In this document: in pieces, positions 18,523 through 28,591 of the stretch
How the letters are laid out: each line of letters opens with the position of its first letter
Position numbering within the stretch: the stretch's first letter is position 1
Source of the DNA: an uncultured Eubacteriaceae bacterium
Lineage (GTDB): Bacteria > Bacillota > Clostridia > Lachnospirales > CAG-274
DNA: 40,092 bases
Direction of reading: 5' to 3'
Assembly (NCBI GenBank): GCA_947565475.1
Contig: CANOGI010000001.1
Span: forward strand, 1-40,092
Translations under genes and position numbers: made by a program
The notes under the pieces: model-generated
The model's database searches: none
Seen by the model: only the letters and a program-made list of their open reading frames with translations
Told to the model about the DNA's origin: nothing

Positions 18523-18610
18523 ATAGTCAAACTACTTGAAAATAACCAAAATGAGGCGAAATTAATTTTAATTTCGCCTCATTTTGGTTATTTTCAAGTA
18601 GTTTGACTAT
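18523..18610. terminator. 88-bp perfect palindrome built from two R-B left ends; probable bidirectional terminator
   Basis: The 43-nt arm ATAGTCAAACTACTTGAAAATAACCAAAATGAGGCGAAATTAA, 2-nt centre TT, and an exact reverse-complement arm. It ends 5 nt before the stop codon (18616-18618) of the minus-strand GH18 gene and lies downstream of proC. Confidence 0.6.
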
Positions 18611-18615
18611 ATTGA

Positions 18616-20172
18616 CTATCTCATATTTTCAATAGTCCGCCATATGTCGTCGGTTATTTGACCTATACGCCATATTGATATTTTGTTTATTCCGAACATT
18701 TTAGCGAGACAGATTTTATCTTGTACGCTTTGAGAGTTTTCATACCATAATACCGTTTTTTGATTTTTATCGTTGGTATACACCGCTTTTGGATTTTTAT
18801 ATTTATCAGAATACTCTATAACGGTATCAGGCTGTGAGAGTCTTTTTTCCACGGTTTCCTGACTCGGGTGCTCAGAGTACTCATTTGTTACTTTTCCATT
18901 TTCGTCTAATGTCCAGCAGGATGTTGAAGCTAAACTTAGCGCCAACGAGATTTTATTTTTATCGTCAATTTGAGACGACGCCTCTTTTAACGCTGTGTAT
19001 ATTTGATTAAAAGGAGTTACGGGAGTTGTCGTAAACCCGGCGTTTCTTTCTTCCTCATTCATGGAGGACGCTCCGTAATCGTGAGCCATTATAATTACCA
19101 TATCGGAGATTTTTCCGATAGTTTTATAATCATACCCGTTAAAATATTCCCCACTCATTACAGGGTGAACCGCTGTGTAAATAAATTTTTCGGGTGGAAG
19201 ATTTTGACGGAGCTCATTTAAAAACAAGTTAAGTCCGTTTCTCAGCTCGTCTCCTTTCATTCCCTCAAAATCAATAGTGACTCCGTTGAAATCAGAGGAG
19301 GAGGAAATTATGCTCTCGACGGCCTTTTTTCTGTTTTCATCGCTCAAAAGTATTGTACGGCAGGCATTTTCGCCATTTTTTCCCTTTTGCTCCGTATTCA
19401 TAATCACCGCTAAACTTATAGGGATATTTTTTTCCTTAAAATAATTAAGCGCCTCATCAGAGCCATCGGGGATTTTCCAGTCGTTGTTATTTTCTGACGT
19501 GGTGTTTAATACAACGCCTTTTGTGTCATCATACTCAAGTCTGCCCCAGCCGAAAGAAACACAGTTTGTTTTGGCGGCTAAATCTCTCTGCGCCCAGGAG
19601 GATATGGCGTAAAAACTGTGTATAAAATCTATTTTGGAGTTATATCTCTCGTATAGCCTGTGGATTATTACCGCCGCTTCCTCTCTTGACAACGTATCGT
19701 TTGGTAAAAATGTGTTATTGCCTTTTCCGCTTATAATTCCTAAATCGTACGCCATCGTTATAAAACCTTTATCAGTGTCAGAAAAAGGGGAGTCTTTTGA
19801 GTCAATATATTTATAAAGGTCTCCGTAATTTAAGTAAGATATTATTTGGGCGACTATGTTCCCAGCCGCATCCTCTCTCGTAATATAACCGTCCGAAATA
19901 TGAGGAAAGGTCGAACTGCCGGTTACTTTGGCGAGCATAGAGCTAAACTCGGAGTATTTTACGGGTTGTCCCATACCGAATTTATCGTCTCCAATACCCT
20001 GAATAATTCCTTTCTCAGTGAGAGATTCTATATATTTTTCAGCCCAGTGTCCTTTGGGCACGTCTGAATAAGCGTATACGTCGGAAAATGTAAAGTAAAG
20101 GGCTATTAACAGACTTAAATTTAATCTTTTTATTAAATTTCTTTTTATTTTTATGGAGAATTTCTTTTTCAT
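18616..20172 (-). CDS. SLH-domain glycoside hydrolase family 18-like cell-wall protein
   Basis: Signal peptide. SLH-type repeats (YSDVPKGHWAEKYIESLTEKGIIQG; FSDTDKGFITMAYDLGIISGKGNNTFLPNDTLSREEAAVII). GH18-type catalytic strand FNGVTIDFEGM. AAGGAG RBS 11 nt upstream. Confidence 0.75.
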   Translation of the reverse strand: MKKKFSIKIKRNLIKRLNLSLLIALYFTFSDVYAYSDVPKGHWAEKYIESLTEKGIIQGIGDDKFGMGQPVKYSEFSSMLAKVTGSSTFPHISDGYITREDAAGNIVAQIISYLNYGDLYKYIDSKDSPFSDTDKGFITMAYDLGIISGKGNNTFLPNDTLSREEAAVIIHRLYERYNSKIDFIHSFYAISSWAQRDLAAKTNCVSFGWGRLEYDDTKGVVLNTTSENNNDWKIPDGSDEALNYFKEKNIPISLAVIMNTEQKGKNGENACRTILLSDENRKKAVESIISSSSDFNGVTIDFEGMKGDELRNGLNLFLNELRQNLPPEKFIYTAVHPVMSGEYFNGYDYKTIGKISDMVIIMAHDYGASSMNEEERNAGFTTTPVTPFNQIYTALKEASSQIDDKNKISLALSLASTSCWTLDENGKVTNEYSEHPSQETVEKRLSQPDTVIEYSDKYKNPKAVYTNDKNQKTVLWYENSQSVQDKICLAKMFGINKISIWRIGQITDDIWRTIENMR

Positions 20173-20223
20173 TAAAAATCATGCTCCTTTATATGTATTT
20201 ATCGTAAAAAAACAAAAAAGAAC

Positions 20224-20252
20224 TTGACAGTTCTTTTAAAATATGGTATTAT
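20224..20252 (+). promoter_or_regulatory. candidate strong sigma-A promoter facing rpoB
   Basis: TTGACA (20224-20229), exactly 17-bp spacer, TATTAT (20247-20252) preceded by TGG (extended -10). About 610 nt upstream of the rpoB ATG. No better promoter was seen closer to rpoB. Confidence 0.55.
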
Positions 20253-20605
20253 CAATAAATGTATCGATAAGTGGTAAAATATAGTTTTATAAGTGATTTG
20301 CCTAAAAATATATTTATAAATATTATATTTTTAAGCTTTTATATTATAGTTTCTTTTAATTTTTATATAGTATAACATATAATTTTACTAAATTCAACAA
20401 TTATTTTTTTAAAATATTTTTTCAAAGTTATTTTTCTAAAGCGACTTATGTGAAACGTGAAACTCACCGAGGGGTTTATTATAACAGAGACTCAAGATTT
20501 TAACGGCGTTAAGTTAAATTCGCCGTTTTGATTGGGCGGTCTGTTGAGTCGGCTAATGGCGGTATTTTGACATTTGCCGGTGCTTGTCGGCGATTTTTTG
20601 CGTTT

Positions 20606-20804
20606 AACCGACAGAGGAAGTCACCTGCTTATTAAGCGGGGGAACTTACTCTTGTATTAAAAGGAGTGCAAGCCAGGTTGCAAGGGCAAGCAGTAAAATG
20701 AAGTTTTGCGACCAGCCCCACACTGAATACAAAGGCGAATACTTTCGCCGTCGGTTACGAGAATTTTTGCTATTTTGTTATATGAAAATTCGAGTAGTCT
20801 TGAC
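20606..20804 (+). repeat. R-A family copy inside the rpoB leader (199 bp, enlarged hairpin-3 loop)
   Basis: AACCGACAGAGGAAGTCACCTGC...GCGGGGGAACTTAC...CTTGTATTAAAAGGAGTGCAAGCC[~45 nt extra]CTGAATACAAAGGCGAATACTTTCGCCGTCGGTTACGAGAATTTTTG...AAAATTCGAGTAGTCTTGAC. Hairpin 2 carries mismatches compared with other copies. Confidence 0.8.
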
Positions 20805-20871
20805 CGCTTTGTTTTCTCACGGAAGAAATTTCCGTAATTTATATACTATTATTTTAAGGAGTGAAGGCGCC

Positions 20872-23800
20872 ATGGAGAAAAACAGAATACGCCCCGTCAA
20901 GCTTGGCGACGTGGTTCGTATGAGTTATTCGAGGATAGACGAAGTTTTGGAGATGCCTAATCTGCTCGCTTTGCAGAAGGACAGCTATAAGTGGTTCTTG
21001 GAGGAAGGCCTCAAGGAGGTTTTTGAGGATATTTCCCCTATATGTGATTACAGCGGAAATCTTGTTCTTGAATTCACGGATTTTACTTTTGATTCCGAAC
21101 CTAAATATGACATTCCCGAATGTAAAGAACGTGACGCGACTTACGCGGCGCCTTTTAAAGTAAAAGCGCGCCTTAGAAACAAGGAAATCGACGAGATTAA
21201 AGAACAGGAAATTTTTATGGGGGATTTTCCTCTGATGACGGATACTGGAACTTTTGTTATTAACGGCGCCGAGCGTGTTATTGTAAGTCAGCTTGTTCGT
21301 TCTCCCGGTATTTATTACGCTATTGAGAAAGACAAAGTCGGCAAAAATCTTTTAAGCTCCACCGTTATCCCGAACAGAGGCGCTTGGATTGAGTATGAGA
21401 CAGACTCTAACGATGTGTTTTACGTAAGAGTCGATAGAACGAGAAAGGTTCCTGTTACGGTTTTAATACGCTCCTTGGGAATCGGAACCGATGAAGAAAT
21501 TCTTGAGCTTTTCGGAAATGAGCCAAAAATGTCGGCGACTATTGAAAAGGACACGACAAAAACAAAAGAAGAAGGACTCATCGAGATTTATAAGAAAATA
21601 AGACCAGGGGAACCTCCTACTGTCGATAGTTCTGAAACCTTACTTAATAATATGTTTTACGACCCTAAAAGATACGATTTAGCTAAAGTGGGACGATATA
21701 AATTTAACAAAAAGCTCGCTTTTAGAAACCGTGTCAGAGGCTATAAACTTGCCGAAAACGTGGTGGATCCGTCGACAGGAGAGGTCATTGCCGAGAAAGA
21801 TACGAAAATTACCGCGGAGATAGCGGATTCTATCCAAAATACGGGTGTACCTTATATTTGGGTTGTCGTAGGGGAAGTGAACGAGGAGAGAAACGTCAAG
21901 GTTTTGTCAAATCTTACAGTTTCTATAGACGAGTATATAAAGCCTTACGGTCTTACCGCGAAAGAGCTTAAAATTAAAGAAAAAGTTTATTATCCGGCTC
22001 TTATGGAGATAATTTCATCAAGCGACGGCAAAGAGGAAATTAAGGCCTCTATTTTAAATAATATTACAAAGCTTATTCCAAAACATATTACCCTTGAGGA
22101 TATTATGGCGTCGATAAACTATGTTATGCATCTCGACTACGGTATCGGAAACAAAGATGACATCGACCATCTAGGAAACAGACGTATTAGAGCCGTTGGC
22201 GAGCTTTTGCAAAATCAGTTCAGGATAGGTCTCTCAAGAATGGAAAGAGTTGTACGTGAGAGAATGACTATTCAGGATATGGACGCTATCACTCCTCAGG
22301 CTTTAATAAATATTAAACCTGTTACAGCCGCTATTAAAGAGTTTTTCGGAAGTTCTCAGCTTTCACAGTTTATGGACCAGAACAACCCTTTAAGTGAGAT
22401 GACCCATAAACGCCGTCTGTCAGCTTTGGGCCCCGGAGGTCTCTCAAGAGAGAGGGCCGGTTTTGAGGTTCGTGACGTTCACTCTTCCCATTATGGAAGA
22501 ATGTGCCCCATAGAGACGCCGGAGGGACCTAACATCGGTCTTATTAACTCTTTGGCTACTTTCGCCAGAATAAATGAGTATGGCTTTATTGAGGCTCCTT
22601 ATCGCATTATTGACAAGACGGGGGATATTCCAAGAGTTACTGACGATTTTATTTACGTTACCGCCGACGAGGAGGAAGCGTATGTCGTAGCTCAAGCTAA
22701 TGAACCCCTTAATGAGAATGGCGAGTTTATAAACGCCAAGGTTACGGCGAGACTTGGTGAGGAAAACGTAGAGATGGACGCCAATAAAATAGACCTTATG
22801 GACGTTTCACCTAAACAGCTTGTATCGGTGGCCACAGCTCTTATTCCTTTCCTTGAGAACGACGACGTTACCCGTGCCCTTATGGGTTCCAATATGCAGC
22901 GTCAGGCGGTTCCTCTTTTGACGACGGAGGCTCCCGTGGTAGGTACAGGTATGGAACATAAAACCGCCAAAGACTCTGGTGTTGTTATTGTGGCTAAACA
23001 TTCAGGAGTTGTCGAGAAGGTTGACGCTTCAGAGATAGTTGTTTTATGTCAGAATGGTTCTAAAGACCGTTATAAGATGACTAAGTTTAAAAGAAGCAAT
23101 CAATCTAACTGTATGAATCAGAGACCGATTGTTTTTAAAGGCGACAAGGTAAAGGAAGGTCAGATTATTGCCGACGGTCCATCAACAAGAGACGGTGAGC
23201 TTGCGCTCGGTAAAAATCCTCTTATCGGGTTTATGACGTGGGAAGGCTATAATTATGAGGACGCTGTTTTGCTCAGCGAGAAACTTGTGGCCGACGACGT
23301 TTACACTTCCGTTCATATTGAGGAATATGAGGCGGAGGCGAGAGACACTAAACTCGGACAAGAGGAAATCACGAAGGATATTCCAAACGTCGGCGAGGAC
23401 GCTTTAAGAGACCTTGACGAAGAGGGTATCATAAGAGTTGGCGCTGAAGTTCAGCCAAATGATATTTTAGTCGGAAAAGTAACTCCTAAGGGAGAAACAG
23501 AGCTTACAGCGGAAGAGCGTCTTTTGCGCGCGATTTTCGGTGAGAAAGCGAGAGAGGTCAGAGATACTTCTCTGCGTGTTCCTCATGGTGAGAGCGGAAT
23601 TATTGTGGACATTAAGAAGTTTACGAGAGAAAATAACGACGAGCTCCCTCCTGGGGTTAATCAGCTTGTACGCGTTTATATAGCTCAGAAAAGAAAAATT
23701 TCTGTAGGAGATAAAATGGCGGGACGTCACGGTAACAAAGGTGTTGTTTCCCGTGTGCTTCCTGTTGAGGATATGCCGTTTTTACCTAACGGACGACCTC

Positions 23801-24825
23801 TTGACATCGTGCTTAATCCTCTTGGCGTGCCGTCTCGTATGAATATAGGACAGGTGCTTGAGATACATTTAAGTCTCGCCGCTAAAGTACTTGACTGGAA
23901 AGTCGCCACACCTGTATTCGACGGCGCTAAGGAAATAGACATTATGGATACTCTTGAGCTCGCTAACGATTACGCCAATTTAGAGTGGGAGGACTTTTCA
24001 GAGAAATGGGAAAGTGTCCTTGACCCGGAAATTTTTGAGTATCTTGATAAAAATAAGGCCCACCGTGAGGAATGGAAAGGCGTTCCTATTAATAATACGG
24101 GTAAAATCAAACTTAGGGACGGACGTACGGGAGAGGAGTTTGACAACCCAACGACTGTAGGATTTATGCACTATTTGAAACTTCATCATCTTGTTGACGA
24201 CAAAATTCATGCCCGTTCCACAGGTCCTTATTCTTTAGTTACTCAGCAGCCTTTGGGCGGTAAGGCCCAGTTTGGCGGACAGCGTTTTGGAGAGATGGAG
24301 GTTTGGGCTCTTGAGGCTTATGGCGCTTCTTATACGCTTCAAGAAATTCTTACCGTTAAATCTGACGACATTGTTGGACGTGTGAAAACCTATGAGGCTA
24401 TCGTGAAAGGTGAGAATATTCCGGAGCCGGGTGTTCCGGAATCCTTTAAAGTTCTTTTAAAAGAACTTCAGGCGCTGGGGCTCGATGTTCGAGTGCTTAG
24501 AGAAGACGATACGGAGGTTGAAATCAAGGAGGACCTTGACGACGACGATATAGGCGTTATTGATGTGAATATTGAGGGCGTTGAGAAAGATGACTATTTA
24601 GAAAAGGAAGAGGAAGAAACCGACATTGTTGATACGGTTCTTAACAATCCTGAGCTTTTAGACGAACTTGAGATAGATGAGGACGATATAGAGATAGACG
24701 ATGATGATATTCTTATTGATGAGGATGAGAACGATATAGAGATAGACGATGAGCTTTTCAACGATTTAGATGATTTTGAGGATGAAAACGGTATTGATGA
24801 GATAATTAAAGATGACGAAGAATAG
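20872..24825 (+). CDS. rpoB: DNA-directed RNA polymerase subunit beta
   Basis: Unmistakable beta-subunit sequence (e.g. [74 protein letters not shown]). ATG 20872 with AAGGAG at 20856-20861. The 58 codons upstream in the ORF track are read-through of the R-A repeat. Confidence 0.98.
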   Translation: MEKNRIRPVKLGDVVRMSYSRIDEVLEMPNLLALQKDSYKWFLEEGLKEVFEDISPICDYSGNLVLEFTDFTFDSEPKYDIPECKERDATYAAPFKVKARLRNKEIDEIKEQEIFMGDFPLMTDTGTFVINGAERVIVSQLVRSPGIYYAIEKDKVGKNLLSSTVIPNRGAWIEYETDSNDVFYVRVDRTRKVPVTVLIRSLGIGTDEEILELFGNEPKMSATIEKDTTKTKEEGLIEIYKKIRPGEPPTVDSSETLLNNMFYDPKRYDLAKVGRYKFNKKLAFRNRVRGYKLAENVVDPSTGEVIAEKDTKITAEIADSIQNTGVPYIWVVVGEVNEERNVKVLSNLTVSIDEYIKPYGLTAKELKIKEKVYYPALMEIISSSDGKEEIKASILNNITKLIPKHITLEDIMASINYVMHLDYGIGNKDDIDHLGNRRIRAVGELLQNQFRIGLSRMERVVRERMTIQDMDAITPQALINIKPVTAAIKEFFGSSQLSQFMDQNNPLSEMTHKRRLSALGPGGLSRERAGFEVRDVHSSHYGRMCPIETPEGPNIGLINSLATFARINEYGFIEAPYRIIDKTGDIPRVTDDFIYVTADEEEAYVVAQANEPLNENGEFINAKVTARLGEENVEMDANKIDLMDVSPKQLVSVATALIPFLENDDVTRALMGSNMQRQAVPLLTTEAPVVGTGMEHKTAKDSGVVIVAKHSGVVEKVDASEIVVLCQNGSKDRYKMTKFKRSNQSNCMNQRPIVFKGDKVKEGQIIADGPSTRDGELALGKNPLIGFMTWEGYNYEDAVLLSEKLVADDVYTSVHIEEYEAEARDTKLGQEEITKDIPNVGEDALRDLDEEGIIRVGAEVQPNDILVGKVTPKGETELTAEERLLRAIFGEKAREVRDTSLRVPHGESGIIVDIKKFTRENNDELPPGVNQLVRVYIAQKRKISVGDKMAGRHGNKGVVSRVLPVEDMPFLPNGRPLDIVLNPLGVPSRMNIGQVLEIHLSLAAKVLDWKVATPVFDGAKEIDIMDTLELANDYANLEWEDFSEKWESVLDPEIFEYLDKNKAHREEWKGVPINNTGKIKLRDGRTGEEFDNPTTVGFMHYLKLHHLVDDKIHARSTGPYSLVTQQPLGGKAQFGGQRFGEMEVWALEAYGASYTLQEILTVKSDDIVGRVKTYEAIVKGENIPEPGVPESFKVLLKELQALGLDVRVLREDDTEVEIKEDLDDDDIGVIDVNIEGVEKDDYLEKEEEETDIVDTVLNNPELLDELEIDEDDIEIDDDDILIDEDENDIEIDDELFNDLDDFEDENGIDEIIKDDEE

Positions 24826-24842
24826 GAAGGAGAAATTTTGTT

Positions 24843-27800
24843 ATGCATGCACAAAACGGCGAACAGGCTATAACTTTTGATTATATTAAAATTGGTTTGG
24901 CGTCTCCTGAGAAAATTCTTGATTGGTCATACGGTGAAGTTAAAAAACCCGAAACTATTAATTACAGAACTTTAAAGCCGGAGAGGGACGGTCTTTTCTG
25001 TGAGAGAATTTTCGGACCAAGCAAAGACTGGGAATGTCACTGTGGAAAATTTAAGAGAATAAGATATAAGGGCATTATATGTGACCGTTGCGGCGTTGAG
25101 GTTACAAAAAGCAAGGTAAGACGAGAAAGAATGGGGCACATAAAACTTGCCGCCCCTGTTTCTCATATATGGTATTTTAAAGGTATTCCGAGCCGTATGG
25201 GTATTATACTCGGTATGTCTCCGAGAGCTCTGGAAAAAGTGCTTTATTTCGCGTCATATGTTATTCTTGACCCGGGAAACAACACCTCCCTTGTATACAA
25301 AGATTTGCTTACCGAAAAGGAATACAGGGACGCCAGAGATAAATACGGCGATACTTTTAAAGTTGGAATGGGAGCGGAGGCTATTAAGATTCTTCTCCGT
25401 GACATAAATCTTGAGAAAGAATCCGTTGAGCTTAAAAAAGAACTTAAAAACAGTACGGGACAAAAAAGAGTGCGTATTATAAAAAAGCTTGAGGTCATTG
25501 AGTCTTTCAGGGTTTCAGGAAATAAGCCTGAATGGATGATTCTTGATGTGATACCTGTTATACCTCCTGATTTGCGTCCTATGGTTCAGTTAGACGGCGG
25601 AAGATTCGCCACTTCTGACCTTAACGACCTTTACAGGAGAGTCATTAACAGAAATAATAGGCTTCAAAGACTTCTTGACTTACACGCTCCTGACATAATT
25701 GTGAGAAATGAGAAAAGAATGCTTCAAGAGGCTGTTGACGCTCTTATTGACAACGGTAGGAGAGGCAGACCTGTCACAGGCCCCGGAAACAGAAGCCTTA
25801 AATCTCTTTCTGACCTTTTAAAAGGTAAACAGGGGCGTTTCCGTCAAAACCTCTTGGGAAAACGAGTTGATTATTCAGGACGTTCCGTTATTGTTGTCGG
25901 ACCTAATCTTAAAATTTATCAATGCGGTCTTCCTAAGGAGATGGCTATTGAGCTTTTTAAACCTTTTGTTATGAAAAAGCTTGTTGAGGACGGGCAGGCT
26001 CACAACATTAAGTCGGCGAAACGTATGGTTGAGAGACTTCAGACAGAAGTATGGGACGTTTTAGAAGATGTTATAAAAGAACATCCCGTTATGTTGAACC
26101 GAGCTCCGACTCTTCACAGGCTTGGTATTCAGGCTTTTGAGCCTGTATTGGTTGAGGGAAGGGCCTTAAAGCTTCATCCACTTGTTTGTACCGCTTATAA
26201 CGCCGATTTTGACGGCGACCAAATGGCCGTTCACGTTCCTCTATCTGTTGAGGCACAGGCGGAATGCAGATTTTTGCTTTTAGCGCCAAACAATCTTTTG
26301 AAACCTTCTGACGGGGAGCCTGTTACTGTTCCGTCTCAGGATATGGTATTGGGAATTTATTATCTTACTCTTGAGAAAGACGGGGAACCTGGAGAGGGAA
26401 AAGTTTTTAAAGATGAAAACGAGGCTCTGCTTGCTTATGACAATCATGTCATCAGTCTTCACGCCAAAATTAAGGTGAGAAGGACTCTTGAGATTGACGG
26501 TGTTTTACAGTCTCAGATTGTTGATACAACAGTGGGCAGGATTATTATAAATGAGATTATTCCTCAGGATATTGGTTTTGTGGACAGAAGTATTCCTGAA
26601 AACCGATTTAAGTATGAAATAGATTTTCTTACGGACAAAAAAGGTCTGGGGAAAATTATTAATAGATGTATTAACAAGCATACAGCCACGGAAACAGCTG
26701 TTGTTCTTGACAATATAAAAGGACTTGGCTTTAAGTTCTCTACAAGGGGAGCTTTGACAGTTTCCGTTTCCGATATGGAAATTCCAAAAGAAAAGGTCGA
26801 GTATCTCGCTGAGGCGGACAAAGTTGTTGACAAGATAACTAAGATGTACAGGCGAGGGCTTATGACAGACGAGGAAAGACACGCTAAAGTTATTAAAGCG
26901 TGGGAAGTGGCTGACGATAAAATAACAAACGCTCTGTTAGCGGGGCTTGGTAAATATAACGACATTTATATGATGGCGCATTCTGGCGCCCGTGGTTCCA
27001 ACAGACAGATTAAACAGCTTGCCGGAATGCGTGGGCTTATGGCGTCTCCGTCAGGAGAGACAATCGAGCTTCCTATTAAGGCGAACTTCAGAGAGGGTCT
27101 CTCAGTTCAGGAATACTTTATTTCCGCTCATGGGGCGAGAAAGGGTCTCTCTGATACAGCTCTTCGTACGGCGGACTCCGGTTATCTTACCCGTCGTCTT
27201 GTAGACGTTTCTCAGGAAATTATTATTCACGAATGGGACTGCGCCGAGGGCGAGGATGAGGTTCCAGGAATGAGAGTAAGCGCTTTTATGGACGGGCAAG
27301 AGGTTATAGAGCCTTTATCAGACCGTATCAGAGGAAGATATGCCGTGGAGGATATTTATCACCCTGAAACAGGAAAACTTCTGGCGAAAGCGGACAGCAT
27401 GATTTCCCCTGACCAAGCTGACGCTATTGAGGCATCTGGAATTAAGACAGTTCATATCAGAACAATCCTCTCATGCCGCGCGAGAAAAGGCGTATGCTCT
27501 AAGTGTTATGGCGCTAATATGGCTTCAGGAAGAATTGTAAGAATAGGGGAGTCGGTAGGTATTATCGCCGCTCAGTCTATCGGTGAGCCTGGAACACAGC
27601 TTACTATGCGTACTTTCCATACGGGCGGTGTTTCTGGAAACGACCTTACGCAAGGTCTTCCACGTGTAGAGGAGCTTTTTGAGGCGAGAAAGCCAAAGGG
27701 TCTTTCTATTATCTCTGAGACAGGCGGTAAAGTCACCGTCACAGACACCAAAAAGAAGAGAGAAGTTACCGTTATTAGTGAGAACGGCGAGGTTAAAGAG

Positions 27801-28388
27801 TATCTCATACCTTACGGTTCCCGTATTAAAGTGCTTAACGGAGATGTTATAGAGGCAGGCGACGAGCTTACGGAAGGAAGTGTAAACCCTCATGATATTT
27901 TAAGAATTAAAGGTATCAGAGGGGTTCAAGACTATATGATTCAAGAAGTTCAGCGTGTATACAGGCTTCAAGGTGTTGACATTAACGATAAGCATGTTGA
28001 GGTTATTGTAAGGCAGATGCTTAAACGCATTAAAGTTGAGGAAAACGGTGATACAAATTTCTTGCCGGGAAGTCTTATAGACTGGCTTGAGTTTGAGGCC
28101 GTGAACAAAGAAATGCTTAAAGAGGGGCTTGAACCCGCTAATGGTTCAAGGGTACTGTTGGGTATCACAAAAGCCGCTTTGGCTACGGAATCGTTCCTTT
28201 CGGCGGCTTCTTTCCAGGAAACAACGAGAGTTCTTACGGAAGCGGCCATTAAAGGCAAGGTTGACCCTCTTATCGGTCTTAAAGAAAATGTTATTATCGG
28301 TAAACTTATTCCCGCCGGTACGGGTATGAATACTTACAGAAAAATTGACCTTAAACTTATTGATAAGGAAAATGTAGCGGGAGAATAA
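24843..28388 (+). CDS. rpoC: DNA-directed RNA polymerase subunit beta'
   Basis: Zn-finger [23 protein letters not shown], catalytic [14 protein letters not shown], trigger-loop and bridge-helix regions. GGAAGGAG RBS upstream. Confidence 0.98.
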   Translation: MHAQNGEQAITFDYIKIGLASPEKILDWSYGEVKKPETINYRTLKPERDGLFCERIFGPSKDWECHCGKFKRIRYKGIICDRCGVEVTKSKVRRERMGHIKLAAPVSHIWYFKGIPSRMGIILGMSPRALEKVLYFASYVILDPGNNTSLVYKDLLTEKEYRDARDKYGDTFKVGMGAEAIKILLRDINLEKESVELKKELKNSTGQKRVRIIKKLEVIESFRVSGNKPEWMILDVIPVIPPDLRPMVQLDGGRFATSDLNDLYRRVINRNNRLQRLLDLHAPDIIVRNEKRMLQEAVDALIDNGRRGRPVTGPGNRSLKSLSDLLKGKQGRFRQNLLGKRVDYSGRSVIVVGPNLKIYQCGLPKEMAIELFKPFVMKKLVEDGQAHNIKSAKRMVERLQTEVWDVLEDVIKEHPVMLNRAPTLHRLGIQAFEPVLVEGRALKLHPLVCTAYNADFDGDQMAVHVPLSVEAQAECRFLLLAPNNLLKPSDGEPVTVPSQDMVLGIYYLTLEKDGEPGEGKVFKDENEALLAYDNHVISLHAKIKVRRTLEIDGVLQSQIVDTTVGRIIINEIIPQDIGFVDRSIPENRFKYEIDFLTDKKGLGKIINRCINKHTATETAVVLDNIKGLGFKFSTRGALTVSVSDMEIPKEKVEYLAEADKVVDKITKMYRRGLMTDEERHAKVIKAWEVADDKITNALLAGLGKYNDIYMMAHSGARGSNRQIKQLAGMRGLMASPSGETIELPIKANFREGLSVQEYFISAHGARKGLSDTALRTADSGYLTRRLVDVSQEIIIHEWDCAEGEDEVPGMRVSAFMDGQEVIEPLSDRIRGRYAVEDIYHPETGKLLAKADSMISPDQADAIEASGIKTVHIRTILSCRARKGVCSKCYGANMASGRIVRIGESVGIIAAQSIGEPGTQLTMRTFHTGGVSGNDLTQGLPRVEELFEARKPKGLSIISETGGKVTVTDTKKKREVTVISENGEVKEYLIPYGSRIKVLNGDVIEAGDELTEGSVNPHDILRIKGIRGVQDYMIQEVQRVYRLQGVDINDKHVEVIVRQMLKRIKVEENGDTNFLPGSLIDWLEFEAVNKEMLKEGLEPANGSRVLLGITKAALATESFLSAASFQETTRVLTEAAIKGKVDPLIGLKENVIIGKLIPAGTGMNTYRKIDLKLIDKENVAGE

Positions 28389-28422
28389 TTGATTTTATAA
28401 ATTTTATATAAATGACCTGCTT

Positions 28423-28570
28423 AACCGACAAGAGGAAGTCCCCCGCTTAAAAAGCTGGGGACTTCCTCTTGTATTAAGTAGGAGTGCAAGCTCCAAATTA
28501 ATATAAGGGCGAATGATTTCGTTGTTGGTTACGAGAATTTTTGTTATACAAAAATTCTCGTAGTTTTGAC
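28423..28570 (+). repeat. R-A family, canonical 148-nt copy
   Basis: It starts 35 nt after the rpoC stop. All four hairpins are intact, including a perfect hairpin 4, TACGAGAATTTTTG-TTATA-CAAAAATTCTCGTA. Tail TAGTTTTGAC. Confidence 0.85.
28431..28476 (+). terminator. rho-independent terminator for rpoC (hairpin 2 of R-A)
   Basis: AGAGGAAGTCCCC(C)GC-TTAAAAA-GC(T)GGGGACTTCCTCT forms a stem of about 15 bp, followed by the T-rich TGTATT. It also faces the convergent minus-strand gene ending at 28592. Confidence 0.65.
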
Positions 28571-28591
28571 TGAGGTGATTAGTATTAGCTA

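Noticed and set aside
20698-20871. 58-codon N-terminal extension of rpoB in the ORF track ([25 protein letters not shown]...)
   Set aside because: This stretch is a translation of the R-A repeat (20606-20804). The conserved RpoB sequence begins at MEKNRIRPV (ATG 20872), which has its own AAGGAG RBS.
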